Of a DNA stretch of 44,789 nucleotides, positions 25,851 through 32,462 are shown piece after piece. The stretch's first letter is position 1; every line of letters begins with the position of its first letter. Below the pieces are notes generated by a model. It had not been told where the DNA came from. It saw nothing but the letters and a program-made list of their open reading frames with translations, and searched no databases. Source of the DNA: Candidatus Rokubacteria bacterium GWC2_70_16 (GTDB lineage Bacteria; Methylomirabilota; Methylomirabilia; Rokubacteriales; CSP1-6); the NCBI GenBank assembly GCA_001788415.1, contig MGBV01000283.1:1-44789 (forward strand), read 5' to 3'. A program made the translations under genes and the position numbers.

Positions 25851-26513
25851 CTACTGCTTCGGTGGGGCCGGCAGGCTGGCGAGCCGGCTACGGATGTCGT
25901 CGGCGCGCCGGGTATCCGGGCGCTCCTTGAGGAGGCGCGAGTACGTCTCTCGCGCCGCGGCCGGGTTGCCGCCGAACTCCTGGGCGCGGCCAAGACCCAG
26001 GAGCATCTCCTCGTAGAGGAAGTCCTTGGAGGACAACCCGTTGAGGGCTGCCTGGAAGGCCGCCTGGGCCCGAGCGTAATCGCGCTGCCCCTCCCAGCTA
26101 TAGGCGATGCCGAGAGCCGCCAGGCTCCTGAGGGTGCCCGTGGCTCCCTTGGCGATGGCGATCTCGTAGGCGCCCCGCGCCGCGGCGTGCTGGCCGGCGT
26201 CGAGGCGGAGGTTGGCGAGGCGGTAGGCGGCCTCCGGGGCTCCCGAGAAGCGCGGGTGCTCGGTGAGGACGGTCTCGAGGGCGCGCAGCGCCTTGTCGCG
26301 GGCCTCGGCCGGGGCTCCGGGTGCTGTCGCCTGCTGGGCGAGATCAGCCGCGGCGACGAGCGCCAGGCGGGCACGGGTGTCCTGCGCGCCGTACCAGCTG
26401 TAGCCGCCGAAGGCCGCGGCGCCAAGCACGAGCAGGGCGCCCAGACCAATGAGGGTCCAGCGCGCGGTGCGGGACTCTCTGAGCCACGTCGCGACAAAGT
26501 CGCGCATCGGCAT
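25851..26513 (-). CDS. Membrane-anchored tetratricopeptide-repeat protein (YfgM-like architecture)
   Basis: 220 aa. N-terminal TM helix WTLIGLGALLVLGAAAFGGY followed by TPR-like helical repeats. The ATG overlaps the bactofilin stop (TGATG), with GGAGG just upstream. Confidence 0.6.
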   Translation of the reverse strand: MPMRDFVATWLRESRTARWTLIGLGALLVLGAAAFGGYSWYGAQDTRARLALVAAADLAQQATAPGAPAEARDKALRALETVLTEHPRFSGAPEAAYRLANLRLDAGQHAAARGAYEIAIAKGATGTLRSLAALGIAYSWEGQRDYARAQAAFQAALNGLSSKDFLYEEMLLGLGRAQEFGGNPAAARETYSRLLKERPDTRRADDIRSRLASLPAPPKQ

Positions 26514-26971
26514 CAGCCTCCGGCCGGGGGCGGGGCGGGGCGCGTCGTCGCGGGGCGCTCCACCCAGATCTCCCCCTTGACCGAGGCGCCGTCGGCGGCC
26601 GAGAAGCTGCCGGTGCGGAGGGTCCCGGTGAGGACGCCCGAGGGCAGGATCTCCACGCGCGTCGAGGCCGAGAGATTGCCGCGCACGGTGCCGCCGATCA
26701 CGATGGCCGCGGCGTCGATGTTGGCGTCCACCTGGGCGCCCTCGCCCACGAGCACGCGCCCGGTCACCTTGATCTCGCCCTCGAACTTGCCGAGGATCTG
26801 GAAGTCCCCTTCCCCGGCCAATTCGCCGCGGAAGGAGAGGCGGCTGCCGACGAGGGCGCCGGCCGGCGCACTGACGGCCTCCATCCGCCGCGGCAGCGCC
26901 TCTGCGGGCTCGGCGTCGCTCGCCGCGCCGCTCAGGCCGAGGTAGTCGAGCGCGGCGCGCATCACGCCCAC
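26513..26971 (-). CDS. Bactofilin (polymer-forming cytoskeletal protein, DUF583)
   Basis: 152 aa with a GTG start. Shows the beta-helical repeat pattern GEIKVTGRVLVGEGAQVDANIDAAAIVIGGTVRGNLSASTRVEILPSGVLTGTL. Confidence 0.85.
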   Translation of the reverse strand: MGVMRAALDYLGLSGAASDAEPAEALPRRMEAVSAPAGALVGSRLSFRGELAGEGDFQILGKFEGEIKVTGRVLVGEGAQVDANIDAAAIVIGGTVRGNLSASTRVEILPSGVLTGTLRTGSFSAADGASVKGEIWVERPATTRPAPPPAGG

Positions 26972-27015
26972 GACCGGGCTCCGGGTGTCGGATCAGGCGA
27001 TCGGCTCACGCTCGT

Positions 27016-27576
27016 ATGCTAGGCGGGGCAGGCCGGAGAGTCAAGGAAAGGAGCGAGTGCTTGTCACAGCATCCGCGATTCTGCATGGCCTGCGGGGGCC
27101 GGCTCGCCACCGTCCGCGAGGAGGGACGGTTGCGACTCCGCTGCCGCCGCTGCGGCTGGACCTTCTACAACAACCCGGTGCCCGCGGTGCTCGGCATCGC
27201 CGAGCGCGGGGGGCGCGTGCTCCTGGCCCGCCGGGCCGCGCCGCCGTACGCGGGGACATGGGACCTGCCGGGCGGCTTCCTCGAGGCGGGAGAGACGCCG
27301 GAGCGGGCCCTGGCGAGGGAGCTGCGCGAGGAGCTCGGCGTCCGGGCCCTGGCCCCGCGCTTCATCGGCTTCTTCACCGACAGCTACGGCGCGGGCGGCA
27401 TGCCCGTCCTCGCAGCGGTGTACCGGGTCCGACTCGCGGGCGAGCCCTCCGCCATGAGCGACGTCTCCGAGGTGCGGTGGTTCCCGCGGCGGCGGCTTCC
27501 ACTCCGCGGCATCGCCTTCCCCGCCATGCGCCGGGCGCTCCGCGCCTATGGCCGCGGCGCGGCGCGCTTGCCCTGA
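27016..27576 (+). CDS. Nudix hydrolase with N-terminal C4 zinc ribbon
   Basis: Nudix box GGFLEAGETPERALARELREELGV, preceded by CMAC...CRRC. The start is uncertain: TTG 27061 sits behind GGAAAGGAG and is an in-frame alternative to ATG 27016. Confidence 0.8.
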   Translation: MLGGAGRRVKERSECLSQHPRFCMACGGRLATVREEGRLRLRCRRCGWTFYNNPVPAVLGIAERGGRVLLARRAAPPYAGTWDLPGGFLEAGETPERALARELREELGVRALAPRFIGFFTDSYGAGGMPVLAAVYRVRLAGEPSAMSDVSEVRWFPRRRLPLRGIAFPAMRRALRAYGRGAARLP

Positions 27577-27599
27577 TGATCCAGCGCTGACCGGCGCCG

Positions 27600-29072
27600 A
27601 TGCGCGTCCTGCTCGTCTACTTCAATCCGGCGCGGGACCTCCTCCCCGCGCCACCCATCGGGCTCGCCTACGTCGCCAGCGCCACCGAGCGCGCCGGCCA
27701 CGAGGTGCGCGTGCTCGACCTCCTGGCCCGCGAGCGCCCGGGCGCGGAGGTGGCGCAGGCCGTGCGGGGCTTCGCCCCTCACGCCGTGGGCATCTCGGTG
27801 CGCAACATCGACAACATCGTCCGCCAGCGTCCGGCCTGGCATCTGGGGGAGCTCGCGCAGCTGCTCGCGGCGGTGCGCCGCGAGAGCCCTGCCCCCATCG
27901 TGCTCGGCGGTCCGGCGGTGTCCATCCTGGGCACGACGGCGCTCACCCGCCTCGACGCGGACTTCGCGGTGGTCGGCGAGGGCGAGGAGACCTTCCCGGC
28001 GCTCCTGTCCGCCCTGGAGACCCACGGCCCCTACGACGCGATCCAGGGACTCTGCTACCGCGATGGCGGCACCGTGCGCTGCACGCCCCCGGCGCGACTG
28101 CCCCGCTTCGGTCCCTCCGGCATGGAGCGCTGGGTCCACTGGCCCGCGTACGAGCGGCGAGGCGGCACCTGGGCGATCCAGACCAAGCGCGGCTGCCCGC
28201 TCCGGTGCAGCTACTGCGCCTACCCGGGCATCGAGGGCCAAACCGGCCGGATGCGCTCCGCCGAGGAGGTCGTGGACGAGATCGAGCATGTCATGGCCCG
28301 CGTGGGTCCGCGCACCTTCGAGCTGGTGGACTCCACCTTCAACGTCCCGCCGGAGCCCGCGGCCGCGCTCTGCCGGGAGATCATCCGCCGCGGCCTCCGC
28401 GTCAACCTGACGGCGATGGGCGTCAACCCCCTGGGCGTCTCGGAGGCGCTGTTCGCGCTCATGCGGCGGGCGGGCTTCAACTCCATGATGATCACCCCCG
28501 AGGCCGCCAGCGACGTCATGCTCCGGGCCCTGCGGAAGGGGTTCACGGTGGAGGACGTGCGCCGCACGGCCGCGCTGGCCCGGGACTCGGGCATCGCCAG
28601 CGCCTGGTTCTTCATGCTCGGGGGGCCGGGGGAAACGCGGGACACGGTGGAGCAGACGGTGTCCTTCGTGGAGCGCCACCTGAGCTGGGGAGGCTGCGTG
28701 TCCATCTTCATGACGGGCATCCGCATCCTGCCCGGCACCGAGCTGGCGCGCCGCGCCTTCGCCGAGGGGCACCTGGCGCCGGATCGCGACCTGGCCGAGC
28801 CGGCCTTCTATCTCTCGCCCGCCGTGGACGAGGATTGGATCCTCGCCCGCGTCAGCCGCGCCATCGGCCGCTGCCCGGCCGTGGTGCATGCCGCCGAGGA
28901 AGGCGGCTCGGCCTACGAACGGCTAGTGGACCGCGCCCTCGGCCTGCTCGGCGTCGCCCCGCCGTACTGGCGCTTCCTGCCGCTCCTGCTGCGCGTGCCC
29001 CCGGTGCCCGCGCTGCGTCGGCGCTACCGGCCCGCCGGCGCCGCGACCGCCCCGCCGCCTAGCGCGCGCTGA
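27600..29072 (+). CDS. B12-binding-domain radical SAM protein
   Basis: 490 aa. N-terminal Rossmann-like cobalamin-binding domain (MRVLLVYFNP...VGISV...) followed by the radical SAM CxxxCxxC motif (KRGCPLRCSYCAYP). Starts 23 nt after the Nudix gene. Confidence 0.85.
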   Translation: MRVLLVYFNPARDLLPAPPIGLAYVASATERAGHEVRVLDLLARERPGAEVAQAVRGFAPHAVGISVRNIDNIVRQRPAWHLGELAQLLAAVRRESPAPIVLGGPAVSILGTTALTRLDADFAVVGEGEETFPALLSALETHGPYDAIQGLCYRDGGTVRCTPPARLPRFGPSGMERWVHWPAYERRGGTWAIQTKRGCPLRCSYCAYPGIEGQTGRMRSAEEVVDEIEHVMARVGPRTFELVDSTFNVPPEPAAALCREIIRRGLRVNLTAMGVNPLGVSEALFALMRRAGFNSMMITPEAASDVMLRALRKGFTVEDVRRTAALARDSGIASAWFFMLGGPGETRDTVEQTVSFVERHLSWGGCVSIFMTGIRILPGTELARRAFAEGHLAPDRDLAEPAFYLSPAVDEDWILARVSRAIGRCPAVVHAAEEGGSAYERLVDRALGLLGVAPPYWRFLPLLLRVPPVPALRRRYRPAGAATAPPPSAR

Positions 29073-30057
29073 CCACGGTGGTGCAGGCGCTTCCGAGCTT
29101 GGGCAGATCCTCGCGGGGGGCCTGCTCCCAGCGGAGCGCGAGGCGCTGGCCACGCGCGAAGGGGCAGAAGGGATCGGCGGCCTCTAGGTCCCCCATCAGC
29201 GCCCGCCGGCCAGCGCAGCCTCCCCCGCACGGGCACCCCGCGCACACCGACGGGAGCTGCCGGGCGGCCCTGAACTCCGCGGTCTCGATGATGGACTCGC
29301 CGAGCGCCTCGAGGTCCCCGAGCCGCAGCGTACTGTCGGGCCAGTACGTGCACGGCAGGACGCGCCCGTCCGGAGCCACGCGCACGGTGGACCGGCCACA
29401 GCCAGGAGCCGCCACGTCCTCGAGGCCGAGGACGCCGGCCAGCACGGGCTCCGTCGTGGCCACGAGCCGCGTCGCCTCGGCGAGGCGCCGCATGGCGCGC
29501 CAGAACTCCTCGTAGCCCACGCTGAACTGCTCGCTCCTCGAGGGCTGGTAGATGTTGACGCGCAGGTGGGCGCCGAAGGACGCGGCGACCCGGGCGATCC
29601 CCGCCAGCCGCAGGTGATTGATGCGCATCAACACCGCGGTCACCGTCACCGGGACGCCCAGCGCGCTCGCGCGCTCGAGCGTGTCCATCACCAGGCGCCA
29701 GTTGCCGCGCCCGCGGAAGCCGTCGTGCTCGCGCTCGGTCGGGAAGTCCAGCGAGCACTCCACGGCCTGGAAGCGCTTGACGATCTCGTCGGGCAGGGAC
29801 TGGATGCTGAGGCCGTTGGAGGTGATACTCACGGGCAGCCGGCGCTCATGCAGGTCGTCGAGGATCGCCCGGTAATTCGGGTGCAGGCCGTTCTCGCCGA
29901 CGCCGAGGTTCACCGAGCGCACGGGCATGCTGTCGCACACCCGGGCGACGTCCTGGCGGGAGAGGCGGCCGGCCGCCAGCTCCGGGCGGTAGCAGTGCGG
30001 ACAGCGGAGATTGCACTCGTTGGTGAGGCCGATTCCCAGCGCGAACCGCCTGGCCAC
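29059..30057 (-). CDS. Radical SAM protein with C-terminal SPASM-type Cys-rich domain (maturase-like)
   Basis: LTNECNLRCPHCYR (CxxxCxxC) near the N-terminus. The C-terminal region CGRSTVRVAPDGRVLPC ... CAGCPCGGGC ... DPFCP matches the SPASM/twitch pattern. I chose GTG 30057, 26 nt after the upstream stop, because the longer ORF (to 30309) would overlap that gene. The 3' end overlaps the B12-rSAM gene by 14 nt. Confidence 0.75.
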   Translation of the reverse strand: MARRFALGIGLTNECNLRCPHCYRPELAAGRLSRQDVARVCDSMPVRSVNLGVGENGLHPNYRAILDDLHERRLPVSITSNGLSIQSLPDEIVKRFQAVECSLDFPTEREHDGFRGRGNWRLVMDTLERASALGVPVTVTAVLMRINHLRLAGIARVAASFGAHLRVNIYQPSRSEQFSVGYEEFWRAMRRLAEATRLVATTEPVLAGVLGLEDVAAPGCGRSTVRVAPDGRVLPCTYWPDSTLRLGDLEALGESIIETAEFRAARQLPSVCAGCPCGGGCAGRRALMGDLEAADPFCPFARGQRLALRWEQAPREDLPKLGSACTTVVSAR

Positions 30058-30083
30058 GGTTCCCCCGCCCCCCCCGGCCGCGG

Positions 30084-30665
30084 CTAGTCGTCCCCGGAGC
30101 GCACTCCGTAGGAGGAGACCACCAGGCGCTGGGTGCCCGCAAGCTCCAGATGCTGCAGGACCTTCCACTCGTCGAGGATGGTCGGGATCCGATCGGCCAT
30201 GGCCGTCCCGTAGTAGTCGAGGAACTCCTTGGTGAAGACCACCCGGTGCGCGGTTTGCCCGCTCGCCGCCAGGATCACGAAGGCCTGGCCCTCGCGGACC
30301 CGATCCCACGACGAGACCGGCGTGTAGTAGCGAAAATGATCGCGCAGGTACGCCTCCACCTGCCGGACCGCCGTGGCGTTCACGAACGGCCGCTCGGGCG
30401 CCGCCAGCGAGAAGTCGTCCTCCTCCAGACGCACAATGGAGTAACCGAGGGCCCGGAGCTCGTGGGCGCTAGCAGTGGTCCCTCGCCGCTCGGCGCCTCG
30501 CCGCTCCGTGCCAGCGGCCATCGCGCGCCTGCGTCGCTCCCGCTGCCGGCGATCGCCGTGGCGGCGGTCGACGACGACGCTCACGTCGCCTTCCGGGAAC
30601 TCGTGGGTGAGATGGCTCAGCAGCTCGGGTTGCTCCCGCGCCACGACGAACAGCACTCGGGCCAT
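30084..30665 (-). CDS. Uncharacterised protein: short N-terminal module + Arg-rich linker + unknown C-terminal domain
   Basis: 193 aa from ATG 30665, with GAGAGAGGGAA upstream. GC3-rich codon usage supports coding. The N-terminus is MARVLFVVAREQPELLSHLTHEFPEGDVSVVVDRRHGDRRQRERRRR...; I recognise no domain in the C-terminal half. Confidence 0.6.
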   Translation of the reverse strand: MARVLFVVAREQPELLSHLTHEFPEGDVSVVVDRRHGDRRQRERRRRAMAAGTERRGAERRGTTASAHELRALGYSIVRLEEDDFSLAAPERPFVNATAVRQVEAYLRDHFRYYTPVSSWDRVREGQAFVILAASGQTAHRVVFTKEFLDYYGTAMADRIPTILDEWKVLQHLELAGTQRLVVSSYGVRSGDD

Positions 30666-30968
30666 ATTCCCTCTCTCTGGCACCGCGCGACGTGGATCTC
30701 TATCACGCATCCAAACGCCCCGGTGCGCACACCCTGCACGTTCGGTGCCGGACAGTCCCGATGCGCGAAAACGAGCAAGTACGAGGCCGCCCGCGCCCTC
30801 GCGCGCGTCGACCGTAAGATTTCCCGACGCGCCCGGGTCACCGGGCGGCCGGCACGCAGGGCTCGCCACGGGGCGCGAGTCTAGCAGAAGCGGCACCAGG
30901 CCTCAAGGACTACGGCTCGGCAGGCGACTGCCTCGAGCCGCCACCGCGCCCGCTCCCGCTCCGCCGCC

Positions 30969-31001
30969 TCGCCTCGGCATCCTTGCGCATCGCCTCGGCA
31001 T
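30969..31001 (+). promoter_or_regulatory. 12-bp direct repeat TCGCCTCGGCAT x2 (21-bp period), candidate operator/promoter region
   Basis: Exact copies lie at 30969-30980 and 30990-31001, flanking a TTGCGC -35-like hexamer, about 75 nt upstream of the histidine phosphatase GTG. Confidence 0.35.
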
Positions 31002-31073
31002 GCGGGTAGACTCACTGCGCCCCATGCGCCCCCGGGAGGAGTTCCGCTTCCAGCACCACCTCGGCCACGAGCC

Positions 31074-31634
31074 GTGAACGGGCCCCCGGTCCGGCTCTAC
31101 CTCGTCCGTCACGGCAAGGCGGCGGTGTCCTTCACGGAGTCCCAGGATGCGCCGCTCGACCCCTCGGGTCTCGCCCAGGCCGAGGCGCTGGCGGCGCGGC
31201 TGGCCCCCCACGGCCCCCTGCCCATCGTCTCGAGCCCCATGCGCCGGGCGCGCGAGACAGCAGCACCCCTCGAGCAGCTCTGGGGACGCCCGGCCCGCAT
31301 CGAACCCGCCATCTCCGAGATCCCCTCGCCCGGCCTCCCGCTGGCCGAGCGCGCCCGGTGGCTGCGGGGGATTCTCGGGAGCCGCTGGCCGCTCGTCGCT
31401 CCAAGCCTGGTCGCCTGGCGCATCACGCTGGTGGCGACGCTGGCCGCGATCGCCGAACCGACCGTCTTGGTCAGCCATTACGTGGCGATCAATGCGGCGG
31501 TGGGCGCGGCCGTGGGCGACGACCGTGTGACGCTCTTCGCCCCGGACACCTGCTCGGTCACGGTGCTCGATGTCGAGGCCGGCCGCCTTCGCCTCGTGGA
31601 GCGCGGCCCGGAGGCCGAGACCCCCGTCCTGTGA
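31074..31634 (+). CDS. Histidine phosphatase family protein (PGM/CobC/SixA-like)
   Basis: 186 aa with a GTG start. Catalytic RHG motif in VRLYLVRHGKA. Confidence 0.8.
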   Translation: MNGPPVRLYLVRHGKAAVSFTESQDAPLDPSGLAQAEALAARLAPHGPLPIVSSPMRRARETAAPLEQLWGRPARIEPAISEIPSPGLPLAERARWLRGILGSRWPLVAPSLVAWRITLVATLAAIAEPTVLVSHYVAINAAVGAAVGDDRVTLFAPDTCSVTVLDVEAGRLRLVERGPEAETPVL

Positions 31635-31699
31635 CCCCCGCCCCGGAGCTCAGGGGCGAGACAGCGGCTCCTGTCCGCTCAGAGGCGCGGACCTGTCGG

Positions 31700-32308
31700 C
31701 TAGCGAGGGGGGCGAGGCACTCCCGGGAAGCAGCCCGGGTCCCGGAGGAAGACCCGGGCGAAGGCCTCCTGCGCGTCGGTTCCCTGCTGTGCGAGCACCT
31801 GGAAGGCCTCGATGCAGGCCCGCGGGCAGCAGTTTGACGGGCCCGATCCCGGAGGGCCCAGCGGGCATGTCCGCGCGGCGGTCACGCAGGGGCCGAAGGC
31901 GCGGGGGCGGTCCTGCTCCGGCGCCGCGCGGATGCAGTCCAGGATCCCCTGGGTGCAGGCGCTCTGCGCCTCGATGGCCTCCATGGTCCGCCGCGCTCCG
32001 GGATCCTCCTTCTCCATCTCCCTGAGCGCCTGTTCCTTGGCCTGCTCCTCGATGTCGCGGATGCATCTCTCGACGCGGGGCCGGCAGGTCGCCTCGTGCT
32101 CTCCCCGGGCCTGGCACTGCTCGGCCATCAGGAGGCAGGGGGCCAGGAGCCGGCGCAGGGGCGCCTGGATCAGCTCCTCGTAGGCGCCTCGGGGCTCGGC
32201 CACGACCGGGGCGACGAGGCAGAGCCCGATGGCGATTCCGCCCAGGACCCCGAGGGCAGTCCCCGTCCGGAGCCCGAGGCCCCGCCCGCCCCGCGGCGCC
32301 CCCCTCAT
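31700..32308 (-). CDS. Secreted cysteine-rich protein of unknown function
   Basis: ATG 32308 gives the signal peptide MRGAPRGGRGLGLRTGTALGVLGGIAIGLCLVAPVVA. The mature part has 12 Cys, including four C-x6-C pairs. GC3-rich codons support coding. The longer ORF start at 32545 lacks signal logic. Confidence 0.6.
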   Translation of the reverse strand: MRGAPRGGRGLGLRTGTALGVLGGIAIGLCLVAPVVAEPRGAYEELIQAPLRRLLAPCLLMAEQCQARGEHEATCRPRVERCIRDIEEQAKEQALREMEKEDPGARRTMEAIEAQSACTQGILDCIRAAPEQDRPRAFGPCVTAARTCPLGPPGSGPSNCCPRACIEAFQVLAQQGTDAQEAFARVFLRDPGCFPGVPRPPR

Positions 32309-32462
32309 CGGGTGGCGTCGCGGCGCGCCGCCGGGATGGGATCGGCCTGTCACGGGAGTTGATGGTAGCACCCGGCTCTCTCGAACCTGAGGCTCGGCTT
32401 GCCCCCGCCGCGCGGAACGGCGAAGATAGTGACCGGCGCGGTGGCGCCGCGCCAGGCTCGAC

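Noticed and set aside
30735-30750. Sigma54-like -24/-12 element (minus strand CGGCAC-cgaac-GTGCA) about 70 nt upstream of the Arg-rich protein gene.
   Set aside because: GG and GC are correctly spaced, but two consensus positions are off. Such GC-rich motifs are expected by chance a few times in a window of this composition, and no enhancer-binding protein is nearby. It is worth checking only if a sigma54 regulon model for this organism exists.
31000-31077. Short upstream ORF (MRVDSLRPMRPREEFRFQHHLGHEP*) whose TGA overlaps the histidine phosphatase GTG (GTGA).
   Set aside because: No independent support: it is tiny, sits in a frame that is open by composition, and has no SD of its own. I keep it only as a possible explanation for the GGGAGGAG located 35 nt upstream of the phosphatase start.
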